A DNA stretch of 64,000 bases. It comes from a virus. Lineage: Duplodnaviria; Caudoviricetes. Made by a program: the position numbers and the translations under genes. The stretch covers positions 54,851-118,850 of IMG/VR virus record IMGVR_UViG_3300028048_000085. One strand, given 5' to 3'. This document shows positions 39,757 to 49,309 of the stretch, piece by piece (within the stretch, counting starts at the first letter, position 1; every line of letters begins with the position of its first letter). The notes below the pieces were generated by a model. The model did not search any database and was not told the DNA's origin. It saw only the letters and a list, made by a program, of their open reading frames with translations.

Positions 39757-39890
39757 TGAATTAAATATAAAGCGAGTTATGATATCTGACTAATATTAAT
39801 GAATAAAAACGAATTCACAATCAGATACAAAATTACAACGGTCAAATGAATCAATGCAATAACTAAAATTAAACGAGGGAAATGAATCTT
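39757..39890 (+). ncRNA. TIGR-like dual-repeat mini-array 2 (3 full units)
   Basis: YGARTY at 39773, 39810, 39847, 39883 (37/37/36); AAWATTA at 39792, 39829, 39865. Confidence 0.65.
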
Positions 39891-39963
39891 AAGAAAGTGG
39901 AGTAGTCAATTACGACTACTCCATGATCTTTCTAAAATAAAACTCTCATAAGTATTTATTTTT

Positions 39964-40227
39964 TTACATATCAGCTTCTATAGCAAGCTCATATACAGCT
40001 TGATGTACATAAGCCATCATATCAAAACCGATAGTCTGTATTCCAGATTCACTCTCAACAGTGATATCTGTATCTGTTAATGTAAAGAATGGTAAGTAAT
40101 CTGACTCACTCTCACTGAACTGCACAGTATCCTTAGATCCATCTTCGATTGTCTTGATACGAATCTCGGAATTTGTGTCAGTAGCATAATCCTTTAATGC
40201 GTTTACTGCTGTTTCTCTTGCACTCAT
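39964..40227 (-). CDS. Hypothetical acidic protein
   Basis: AAGGAGG RBS on the minus strand. Confidence 0.7.
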   Translation of the reverse strand: MSARETAVNALKDYATDTNSEIRIKTIEDGSKDTVQFSESESDYLPFFTLTDTDITVESESGIQTIGFDMMAYVHQAVYELAIEADM

Positions 40228-40237
40228 AGTTACCTCC

Positions 40238-41041
40238 TTAATGTTTTATGATACTAGGATCAATATAAAATGGTTTTATAATCTTGTGCTGATCTGATTC
40301 ATTTTCAACTTCACCAGGTAGAGACAACATATTATTTTTTATCTGTTCAATCTGTGATTGCATCTTATCTGCAACATTACCAAGATCTGGTAACTGATAT
40401 GATGGATCTTTAATCTCAAACCTAACTTTATGTGGTTCGATAATCGTAGTATTCATCAGAGTCATATCATTCTGATTGCTATATTTTTCAATACGATTTA
40501 ATGTATCCATCATCTCTGGTGTAATGAATGGTCGATAATAATCTACGAAGAGTTTATATCTTCCCAAGACATTATTAACGTTAATAAATAATCGATGATT
40601 ATGGAACAACTTATGGTTTGTCTCAGATAATGGTACCAATGATACCATAAATTTGTAATGTAGACTCATTACTTCTTTTGATACCATTTGAACACTCATT
40701 GATTCGTGATAATATTCACGCTTCTTTATTACTATTTCAACAATATCTGCTAATGAAAATGGATAGTGGTGTAATTCTATAACAATACCATTCTGCTCTT
40801 CATTTGATACTCCTGTTTGAAAAGCATCCTTATTCATATTCATATTCTCACGCAGATATTTTACAAAGTTACGATACTCACTACTTTGTCGTACATTTCG
40901 TTCAATATCTTTTATATATGTCCTATATTCCTTATCATCCAGAAGATTATAAATCTCACCTTCATATGGTGGTACATTTCCAATCTTAATCGTATCTGCT
41001 AGATTATGATCTAGCACCTGTATTGCGTCGGGATCTACCAT
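40238..41041 (-). CDS. HNH-like protein, paralogue of 18445..19218
   Basis: RQSSEYRNFVKYL...IELHH...LVPLSETNHKLFH. Confidence 0.6.
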   Translation of the reverse strand: MVDPDAIQVLDHNLADTIKIGNVPPYEGEIYNLLDDKEYRTYIKDIERNVRQSSEYRNFVKYLRENMNMNKDAFQTGVSNEEQNGIVIELHHYPFSLADIVEIVIKKREYYHESMSVQMVSKEVMSLHYKFMVSLVPLSETNHKLFHNHRLFINVNNVLGRYKLFVDYYRPFITPEMMDTLNRIEKYSNQNDMTLMNTTIIEPHKVRFEIKDPSYQLPDLGNVADKMQSQIEQIKNNMLSLPGEVENESDQHKIIKPFYIDPSIIKH

Positions 41042-41142
41042 ATGATTCTCCTTTCTTTATTAATCAGGGGTTAAATCGCTAAATAATTATATACTATAAT
41101 TATAGTAGAGTAGTTACATATTAATTAGAAAGAGGTAAAAAT

Positions 41143-41751
41143 ATGAGTGAATATTTAAAACTAGATACACCACAAGATATATTCGTAGATCCGACAAGCA
41201 GGTTTAGATTTCATTTTCATTCACAGCAATCGATCTTTAATCCAGAGCAAGCTATGTGCTATATAGACGTAATAGATCCATTAGGAAATTTACAATTCCA
41301 GATCGTAGGAGGAGTACAACATTTCATAGATCTAGTTTTCGGAATCGATGAATTTCTTATGAGCCTCGGCGAAACAATAAGCACAGTATATTATTTTCCA
41401 CCAAATCAGGAATTCAAAGCTTATTCTATCGTAGCATATCTATTTAGCGAGACATATTATCCAGTAGAATATAAGCAATTACAACAGCAACGAGATTTCG
41501 TTTTTCGATCATCTTATCCAACAGAAGATACACCAGAGGACGAAACATATATTCAGATCATTATATATCAATACGATCAAATATATCCTCAAGGAAATCC
41601 AAAATTCTCGATGCTTCTTACTTACGATCAGCTAGAGCAATTTATATACGCAGCATACTCAGGATCAATAGAAGGTATCATAGACGCATCCGATCAATAT
41701 CAAGGGTATATTAAAGAGAATTACTCAGAGTTTTCAATTCAGATCAATTAG
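41143..41751 (+). CDS. Hypothetical protein
   Basis: 202-aa ORF after an early-type promoter. Confidence 0.7.
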   Translation: MSEYLKLDTPQDIFVDPTSRFRFHFHSQQSIFNPEQAMCYIDVIDPLGNLQFQIVGGVQHFIDLVFGIDEFLMSLGETISTVYYFPPNQEFKAYSIVAYLFSETYYPVEYKQLQQQRDFVFRSSYPTEDTPEDETYIQIIIYQYDQIYPQGNPKFSMLLTYDQLEQFIYAAYSGSIEGIIDASDQYQGYIKENYSEFSIQIN

Positions 41752-42233
41752 TAGATTATATACAAAAATAAATTAAGATATAGATTACACAAGGCATTTA
41801 TTTACAGTATTCCCTATACTTATTCGAAAATACACAAAATAATCGGTTTAAACAAAATAGTACTCTCTACAGATCCCATATTAGGCATCTATAGAACAGT
41901 TATATCTTACGAAAACACATACTAGAGGTCATTTTCAGCCCTCTAGATTACAGCGGAATTCATTTCCAGTTATTCGAAAAGGAGCGGAATACTAGTTTCC
42001 AATTATATGAAAGCTACGCACACATCGTCGATTACTAACAGAAAAACATCCATTACATTAATCACAAAAATAAAACAACATTATCTCGCGTAGCATTTTC
42101 GAAACCTTCGTACTTAGTACGAGAATATAAATATCGTTTCGTTCGTTAGAACGAAACTTTAATTATTCGAGTACGTACATATATAAACATTAGAAAACAA
42201 TTTTTACGTATACTTATAAGGAGATATTATATA

Positions 42234-42704
42234 GTGAGTATTAAAAATAATATATTAATCAATATAATTAATCAAAATAATATTACAGATAATTCCTATA
42301 TTGGAATATATCATACTGTAGATCATAATTATAAGATTCATTTTTCTAGAAAGAATTCTTTATCTCTCTTCAATAATGAATATGAATATATCTGTAAGAT
42401 ATCTATCTATAATAATCTGGATATACTATTGAAAGAAATTACTACTACTGAATTGGATATACAATTACTGATAGATAATCTGAATCAATTATTAGATTCT
42501 TCTAATACTGTAGAAGATATACATTTCTATTTTAATACAACTGATCCATATACTATATCTTCAGATTGGATATCTTTTCAGAAAAGAAATGATAATATAT
42601 ACTATATCAATATTGATAATATTATACAGTTTCAATCTGATAAAGAGAATTTATATTCTTTACTTGAGATATTATATACGACTTTTTATGACATACATCG
42701 ATAA
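42234..42704 (+). CDS. Hypothetical protein (extremely AT-rich)
   Basis: 156-aa ORF with AAGGAG RBS. Confidence 0.55.
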   Translation: MSIKNNILINIINQNNITDNSYIGIYHTVDHNYKIHFSRKNSLSLFNNEYEYICKISIYNNLDILLKEITTTELDIQLLIDNLNQLLDSSNTVEDIHFYFNTTDPYTISSDWISFQKRNDNIYYINIDNIIQFQSDKENLYSLLEILYTTFYDIHR

Positions 42705-42982
42705 GATGTATGTCATATTCTCTATTTTTGGGATTTTATATAATAATTTTCGAAGAAAATGAGCAGATTTTCGTTTAGATACATCGTTTATGTAAATAAA
42801 CGATAACTAAGGAAAATGTGCGGAGCTAAATAGCCGAGATGCCTTCAAAGCCAATAGGCAGCGAGAGCTTTCTTCCCCTATATTACTCTTTACAAAAATG
42901 TTTGTAATATTTTATTTTACAACATTTTGAGGTAATTTTTGACATATTAAACATAATGTAACTTTTTACAAAAGGAGATAAT

Positions 42983-43573
42983 ATGAGTAAAAAGAACAAT
43001 AATGAGATACTTCCTAATATTGATAGTGAGTTAATCTATCAATATTTTTCCAGATATGAGAAGAATCCTGTTGTTAGTGAAGAGATTTGGATACCAATTA
43101 CTAGTGCTGTATCAGATTCTATAGAACCAATGCGATATGATATATCTACAACTGGTAGAGTGTGGGATAATAAACTATCACAATATGTTATCATTCACAA
43201 TAATAAGGGTGACGATTATGTAGATCTAGAAAGATATTATAAATCCAATCCAAATAGAAATACAACGTTGATTCGTTTTAAGCTTACTAGATTAATGGGA
43301 TTTTGTTTTAATCGAGATCAATATGGCAATATTTGTCAGATACCATATGATGATCAATCGATGAATGTAATATATCTTAATAATGAAGATCGGACGAATG
43401 ATATTTATAATCTGCATGTCGGAAAGAATGTAGATAATTCAAAGCTGATTACAGAACGATATCAGCATCGTTTAAAGATTGCCAGAGCTAAGAATAAAGC
43501 TCATGTTAAGAAACAGAGGGATATGTATAAGGAGGCAGGATATGAACCAGTCGGTAAAGATTTTAAGCTATAA
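42983..43573 (+). CDS. NUMOD4 / degenerate HNH protein
   Basis: EEIWIPI...YDISTTGRVW (NUMOD4); VIYLNNEDRTNDIYNL lacks the catalytic His. Confidence 0.6.
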   Translation: MSKKNNNEILPNIDSELIYQYFSRYEKNPVVSEEIWIPITSAVSDSIEPMRYDISTTGRVWDNKLSQYVIIHNNKGDDYVDLERYYKSNPNRNTTLIRFKLTRLMGFCFNRDQYGNICQIPYDDQSMNVIYLNNEDRTNDIYNLHVGKNVDNSKLITERYQHRLKIARAKNKAHVKKQRDMYKEAGYEPVGKDFKL

Positions 43574-44108
43574 TGAAGAGATCATGGTTACCTTGTTTAA
43601 TCCTGGATATTATGATGAAAAATTATGGTATAATCAGCTGCGACATCTAGGATACGACGAGACTGGTACAATCTTTAATATAGAAACATATAAACCGGTG
43701 ATACTATCTACAAAATATGCTAAATACGGAGATATGATGTCTGCTAAAGTATACTTACCACCATTTGTTCAAGGGGATAATCCTGTTAGAGTTGATCAGC
43801 TTATTATTGCAAATGAATGCAATGTAAACTTTCGATATTCATTCAGTGGTGGTAGCAAATCTAAATATCAAGTATGGCATAAAGATGGCAATTGGAGAAA
43901 CAATGCATTATATAATCTAGAATTAGTAGATAGAGCAACATTTAATATATTGCTTAATGAAGCACATGAAAAAATGAGACGTAATACAACAGATGAATTC
44001 CCACCAAGAGGAGTTCATTCTCGTATAGATCTCAGCACTGGTAAGATTATCCGTACAGATATTAGTTGTTATGACGAGATACAACGTAATAAAACACAGA
44101 GACCCTGA
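43479..44108 (+). CDS. HNH endonuclease-like protein
   Basis: VWHKDGNWRNNALYNLELV; likely start ~43542 (MNQSVK). Confidence 0.65.
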   Translation: MPELRIKLMLRNRGICIRRQDMNQSVKILSYNEEIMVTLFNPGYYDEKLWYNQLRHLGYDETGTIFNIETYKPVILSTKYAKYGDMMSAKVYLPPFVQGDNPVRVDQLIIANECNVNFRYSFSGGSKSKYQVWHKDGNWRNNALYNLELVDRATFNILLNEAHEKMRRNTTDEFPPRGVHSRIDLSTGKIIRTDISCYDEIQRNKTQRP

Positions 44109-44245
44109 TCAGGGTCTCTGTTTATTTTTTGTATTTCTTAAATTTTATGATTATATACTATATACTTGATAAGATAGAGTTGATAGCCTAATACTTATCA
44201 AAATGACAAAATTAAATTTATTTAAAGAATTGGAGGAAATTAAAA

Positions 44246-45373
44246 ATGGGCGATTCATGGGGTAGTTTTTGGAAGACTAATCCGGAGAACGGATTAATCG
44301 GTTGGACAGATAACAATCTGTCAAAAGATCAGATTGACTTCAGAATTAAGGAAGTCGGCTGGGGATCAAGAGCAATGTTATCACAGTTCTATGCTCCAGA
44401 TAACAAGATGCGTTTAAACAACCTTCTCAATGGTCTTGTAAAATACGCGACGGAAGATGAGCTGATCAATTTAGCTTGTCTGCTTCATTGTAACGCAGGA
44501 TACTTAACTGGTATTCTTCCAATCGATGAAGACAAGTATGCTACGGAACCAGATTTCCGGGCAAACTTTAACGCTACTGGAATGATCCGGTATGAGGGTG
44601 ATCTTAATAAGCTCGGTAAGTTATACGTACGCAAGCTTGCTGAAAATGTTAAGATTCCTGTTGAAGTAATGACCATGGTCATTACAGGACAGATGCCAGT
44701 AACGGCATATGTCGCTAACAAGATTGAAGCTGGTATGAATAAGCTCAATCTTACAGTAACATATCATCCTTACAATGCTAGTAAGGACGTTTGCAAGCCT
44801 ATCTTCAAAGATAGTCTTCATATGCAGAAAGCAATTCAGTCTATCAATATGAGGAAGAAGGCCGAGAAGATTAAGTTGAAAGACTTAGTCGACAAGAAGT
44901 CCGATGAGGATGAAGCAAAGGAAGTTGCAGATATGCTTGTAGCTTCACTTGAAGAACCTGAACCTGTTCCAGAAACAACAGTGGATTCACTTACAACATC
45001 TGATGATAAAGAAAACATCAGCAGAGTTGTGCATTATGAGAATTGTATTCATAATGTACAGGAAGCTTTCGAGTATCCGGATGAAGAAGATGATCCAGAC
45101 TTCAATAAAGCATTTGAAGTTGAGATCGTCGGAGAAGGTCCGAAGATTCTTGGAAATATCAATGATGAAGATTTTGATATTGACAAGATTCCGATGCACG
45201 ATGATATTATTGTAAATGGTCGATATGGCGATGGTAATGTAAACAAGAAGAACCAGAGCAAGCAGGTTCTGGATTTAGTTAAGGAAATCAACGATATTGA
45301 ATTCCTTGACAAGCTTGCAAAGTATTGCTCAGCTAGAGCAGAAATGCTCAGATGTGAGCAGGATATTTTCTAA
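44246..45373 (+). CDS. Putative DNA-binding (XRE-HTH-like) early protein
   Basis: RLNNLLNG...ELINLACLLHCNAGYLTG and RKLAENVKIPVEVMTMVITG; acidic C-terminal half. Confidence 0.45.
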   Translation: MGDSWGSFWKTNPENGLIGWTDNNLSKDQIDFRIKEVGWGSRAMLSQFYAPDNKMRLNNLLNGLVKYATEDELINLACLLHCNAGYLTGILPIDEDKYATEPDFRANFNATGMIRYEGDLNKLGKLYVRKLAENVKIPVEVMTMVITGQMPVTAYVANKIEAGMNKLNLTVTYHPYNASKDVCKPIFKDSLHMQKAIQSINMRKKAEKIKLKDLVDKKSDEDEAKEVADMLVASLEEPEPVPETTVDSLTTSDDKENISRVVHYENCIHNVQEAFEYPDEEDDPDFNKAFEVEIVGEGPKILGNINDEDFDIDKIPMHDDIIVNGRYGDGNVNKKNQSKQVLDLVKEINDIEFLDKLAKYCSARAEMLRCEQDIF

Positions 45374-45472
45374 GATACAAAGAGGGGTCCAGAGTATTGT
45401 ATATACTCTGGACTTCTTTATGTATATACAATGTCAATTTATATTAATAGAAAGAAATTGGAGGAAATTATT

Positions 45473-46666
45473 ATGACAAAGAAGAACGATGAGAAGGTAT
45501 TAGTAGAAGCAGGAATCGCTGGTGCACAGAGTGATGAAATCATCGATGGATTTAATGTCGATGAGGATGTCGAACTCATGAAGGCATTGTCTTTATCCAA
45601 AGAGATCAAGACAAGCATTCTTGAAGTTGGTAATGTAGGACGTCAGGAGATTAAAACACTGGTTGATCTCTTCTATCAGATGCAGGACATTCGTAAAGCT
45701 CTGCGTGAGCAGATCCGCTCCATTGAACATGATGCTGATGAGGGATCATCTATCAATGTCATGATTCTGGAATGGAATCTGAAGAACATTGGTATCATTG
45801 AGAATGGTATCAAGAAGTGCCTGGAGCTGGTATGTCAGTCAGATCCAGTAGGACGTTGGCTCCTTTCTATCGTAGGAATGGGACCTATCCTGAGTGCTGG
45901 TCTTCTTGCATATCTTGATGTAACTGGTAAGAACTATGCTAGCAACTTCATTAGCTATGCTGGTTTGAACGATAATAACCGCCCATGGCTTGGTGCGGAA
46001 AAGTCTAAGAACCTGGTTAACGAGGTTGTCGGAACAGCAAAGACTATCACTGATGATATGGTGGTAGAGATTGCTGCTAAGTCTAAATGGTCATATGATT
46101 ATCTTCGTGATAATGCGTATAACCAGGAGAAGGAGAAGTGGAGTAAGACAGATCTTATCAAAGCTTGCTCTAAGATTCCGTACAACAAGAAGCTTAAAAC
46201 ACTTCTGTACAAGTGTGGATCTTCTTGGCAGTGGTGCTGCAATAAGCCAAACTCATTATATGGTCAGCTCTTTAATCAGAGAAGAGTATACGAGACCATT
46301 AAGAATGAGAATGGTGATTATGCAGCAGAGGCAGCTAAGCAGCTTGCTTGCAAGAACTTCAGTAAGACTACAGAAGCTTACAAGCAGTATAACCAGGGTA
46401 AGCTGCCGAAAGCACATATTACAATGCGTGCTATGAGATGGACAGAGAAGATCTTCCTGTCACATCTCTTCGAAGAAATGTATCGTGTAAAGTATGATAA
46501 GGTACCTGCAAGATACTATGCTCTTGAACATGTTCAGGGACATCATGATGAGATCTTGCCAGAGGTTCCATATACAAAGGTAACTGGTGAGAACGATGTA
46601 AAGGTTGCATCATCTGACGGAGAATACGAAGCATATGTTGGAGCATTCTTCGAAGGAAAGAAGTAA
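45473..46666 (+). CDS. IS110/Nop-domain RNA-binding protein lacking a nuclease domain (TasA-like)
   Basis: Coiled coil (EIKTLVDLFYQMQDIRKALREQIR), then WLLSIVGMGPILSAGLLAYLD...ASNFISYAGL, PYNKKLKTLLY, AHITMRAMRWTEKIFLSHL; no RuvC/DEDD N-terminus and no SG catalytic serine after YAGL; start at ATG 45473 after GGAGG. Confidence 0.75.
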   Translation: MTKKNDEKVLVEAGIAGAQSDEIIDGFNVDEDVELMKALSLSKEIKTSILEVGNVGRQEIKTLVDLFYQMQDIRKALREQIRSIEHDADEGSSINVMILEWNLKNIGIIENGIKKCLELVCQSDPVGRWLLSIVGMGPILSAGLLAYLDVTGKNYASNFISYAGLNDNNRPWLGAEKSKNLVNEVVGTAKTITDDMVVEIAAKSKWSYDYLRDNAYNQEKEKWSKTDLIKACSKIPYNKKLKTLLYKCGSSWQWCCNKPNSLYGQLFNQRRVYETIKNENGDYAAEAAKQLACKNFSKTTEAYKQYNQGKLPKAHITMRAMRWTEKIFLSHLFEEMYRVKYDKVPARYYALEHVQGHHDEILPEVPYTKVTGENDVKVASSDGEYEAYVGAFFEGKK

Positions 46667-46796
46667 TAAAAACAGGGGGTCTGCTCAGAAATGAGCAGAC
46701 TCTATTATTTGTATAAGTGTATAAAAATAATTATATACTATATACTTGTAAAGAAGAACAATATTGTCATACAATAATAAAAAGGAGGATAATAGT

Positions 46797-46991
46797 ATGG
46801 ACAAGTTGATGTATGTGGGTATTGGATTTGTTGCAGGAATTATCTATGCAACAGCAAAAACGGATGTGGATCCAAATCAGGTATTTTCTAAGATACCTGC
46901 GGATGTAACATCAGTAAGTAACAAAGCTGTGGAAAAGGTCAAGGGAACAATTGATGATTTCCGAGACTATCAGAAGAATCAGCAGCAGTAA
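46797..46991 (+). CDS. Small membrane protein
   Basis: MDKLMYVGIGFVAGIIYA after AAGGAGG. Confidence 0.65.
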   Translation: MDKLMYVGIGFVAGIIYATAKTDVDPNQVFSKIPADVTSVSNKAVEKVKGTIDDFRDYQKNQQQ

Positions 46992-47019
46992 TCAATAAGA
47001 GAAATGGAGGACGAAATTT

Positions 47020-47382
47020 ATGTTAGCAACAGTAGGCAGAACAGCAGCAGTAAGCGGTAAACAGCTTGCTATCACTATGGCAAGAAAGGTGACAACAAAC
47101 GTTGCCACAAGTCTCATCAAGAGACAGACAACAAAAGCGGTCAACAAGCATTATGCAAAAGATGCTGATAAGTTAACTGATGAAGAGCGTGAGAATCAGC
47201 GGAAGAAAGCCGATTACGTAAACATTGGAATTAATTCCGTTGTTTCGGGCTTAGTTGCTGTAGCAGATACAGCAATTGCAACAATGGCAACTGCATCAAA
47301 ATCATCAAAGACAGAATCATCTGATGACAAAAAGGATGATGGTAAAGCTGGAGACAGCTCTAGTCTTTGGATGTATTTATAA
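47020..47382 (+). CDS. Small early protein
   Basis: GGAGG RBS; hydrophobic segment near the C-terminus. Confidence 0.65.
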   Translation: MLATVGRTAAVSGKQLAITMARKVTTNVATSLIKRQTTKAVNKHYAKDADKLTDEERENQRKKADYVNIGINSVVSGLVAVADTAIATMATASKSSKTESSDDKKDDGKAGDSSSLWMYL

Positions 47383-47490
47383 GAGGTGATCACATATGAA
47401 CATGTCGAAAGCTCATATTTATGAGATTATCGGAGCATTTACAGTAACAGCAATTATCGCAGCATTATTTACCAAGGAGGAGGTATAAAC

Positions 47491-47799
47491 ATGAACACAA
47501 ATATGGGATTATTAATTAACGGTGATGACTTTTCAATTAAGGATGCAGTGATCATTGGTGGAGCAGCAGCATTGGTTGCAGGTATCGGAGTTGCCATCCA
47601 CAAGCTTCGTAAGAATGCTGATGAGGATGATTTCGATGCTGAAGATGATGATCTTTTTGATGAGGAAGAGTCAGCTCAGGAGAGCTCAGAGCCTGTAAAG
47701 GAAGAAGCTCCTGCACAGGATTCAGCACCTATCAATAATGAGAATCCGGAGCCAGCTAAGTTCACAGTAGTGGATGAAAATGGTAATCCATTACAGTAA
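47491..47799 (+). CDS. Small membrane protein with acidic tail
   Basis: AVIIGGAAALVAGIGVAI followed by a D/E-rich tail. Confidence 0.7.
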   Translation: MNTNMGLLINGDDFSIKDAVIIGGAAALVAGIGVAIHKLRKNADEDDFDAEDDDLFDEEESAQESSEPVKEEAPAQDSAPINNENPEPAKFTVVDENGNPLQ

Positions 47800-47887
47800 C
47801 TATCAACAATTTTTGGACAGCTCATTACAATGAGCTGTCCTTTTAACTTTAAACATTTTCAATTCAAAAATTAGGAGGAAACATATT

Positions 47888-48262
47888 ATGGAAAACATCG
47901 CAATCTCATTTTTAACAGCAAGTGCAAGTGTAGCAGTTAGTGGTATCTCAAAGGTAGTGTCCCAGCGTAAGATCGCTGCAAAGACAGCAAAGGCTACCAA
48001 GGAGATCGAAGATAAGTATAAGGCTGGTGAGCTTGAGAAGGATAAGGCTAATGAGATCCTTGCTGGTATGCAGAAGAAGTATATTAAGAAGCAGCGTATT
48101 GCAGCAACCGCATCTGCATTAGCAGGAATTGCAGTTGGTGGTGGTCTTGGAGCAGGTTACTATGTGATCTGTGATCATGCTGGATCAGCAGCACCATCAG
48201 ATGATTCCAGCAGTTCTGAAGATAGTTCATCTTCTTCAGATGGAGATTCTACCTCTGAATAA
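47888..48262 (+). CDS. Small membrane protein with Ser/Asp tail
   Basis: Two hydrophobic segments. Confidence 0.7.
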   Translation: MENIAISFLTASASVAVSGISKVVSQRKIAAKTAKATKEIEDKYKAGELEKDKANEILAGMQKKYIKKQRIAATASALAGIAVGGGLGAGYYVICDHAGSAAPSDDSSSSEDSSSSSDGDSTSE

Positions 48263-48410
48263 TTATTTGGAGGTTTAATCTCTAATTATATAAACCGGTT
48301 ACTAATATTTTAGTAACTGGTTTATTTTTTTTTGTCAAAATATGAAATAATCATATACTATACTTATGGTTAAAGAGAATAATAAAATGTATTATGAAAG
48401 GTTTAATGAA

Positions 48411-49130
48411 ATGAAGAAGTTATTCAAGATCGTAACACTGTCAATGATTATTGTAACATTACTTGCTATACCAGCTAATGCTGTAACAACATATTTGTCG
48501 AAATATGAGGTACAAGAACAAATCTCAAAGGTTTCCAAAATCATTAAGAAACTCCAAAAACAATATGTATCTCAGCGGAAAGTAGAAGCAAATGGATATA
48601 CATATATTGCATCTGCAAATATTATATCTTTGAATCCATATATTATAGAGGATATAGATACATCCGAAATGTACTACGTTGAATCAGAAGCAAAAGGATC
48701 ATCTACAATTGTGGATGATAAAGCTTATGATCTATATACAAGGATATCTAAGAACAAATATTCTTATAAAGGAAACATTTGTAAGGGAATTACACTTGTT
48801 AAAGTGGACCACCTAACATCAAATAATATTCTTAAAAAGATTAAGAAGTATCGTAGTAAAATTACAAATTATAAGATGATGCTGAAAGCTAAAGTTGTAA
48901 CTACAAAACTCAATCTAACAGTTGGTGATGAGCAGTATTGGTCTAAAGGATTCAAATTCAAGAAAGCACCTAATACCTCATATTCTGTTGAGATTAGAAA
49001 TAAAGATATTGTGTCTATCGATTATAAGACAGGTCATATTAAAGCTCTTAAATCTGGAAAGACTACAATGTCATGTACTTGCAAACAATCTGGTATTACA
49101 ACATCTATTGTAATAACTGTATCTAAGTAA
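48411..49130 (+). CDS. Secreted protein with C-terminal Ig-like (Big_2) domain
   Basis: Signal peptide MKKLFK...PANA; LTVGD...IVSID..TGHIKALKSGKTTMSCT. Confidence 0.65.
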   Translation: MKKLFKIVTLSMIIVTLLAIPANAVTTYLSKYEVQEQISKVSKIIKKLQKQYVSQRKVEANGYTYIASANIISLNPYIIEDIDTSEMYYVESEAKGSSTIVDDKAYDLYTRISKNKYSYKGNICKGITLVKVDHLTSNNILKKIKKYRSKITNYKMMLKAKVVTTKLNLTVGDEQYWSKGFKFKKAPNTSYSVEIRNKDIVSIDYKTGHIKALKSGKTTMSCTCKQSGITTSIVITVSK

Positions 49131-49141
49131 AGGAGAATCAT

Positions 49142-49309
49142 ATGGCTATCACATTAGAAGATATCAAAAAGAAGTATGAAGATACTATTAAAAGAGAATC
49201 AAAGATTTGGGAAAAAGCCGGACTAGATCCAGCTGGAAACCAAGCTTGTCAGGAAGCTAAACTTATCATTGGTCTCATTGAAGAGCACTATAACAATAAT
49301 AAAGAATAG
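49142..49309 (+). CDS. Small protein (55 aa, not in ORF track)
   Basis: AAGGAG RBS; MAITLEDIKKKYE...; last gene before mini-array 3. Confidence 0.65.
   Translation: MAITLEDIKKKYEDTIKRESKIWEKAGLDPAGNQACQEAKLIIGLIEEHYNNNKE

Noticed and set aside
45431-46666. Active IS110 insertion sequence
   Set aside because: No DEDD RuvC domain or catalytic Ser motif, no room for a bridge RNA, and it is embedded in a normal operon with RBS and terminator.
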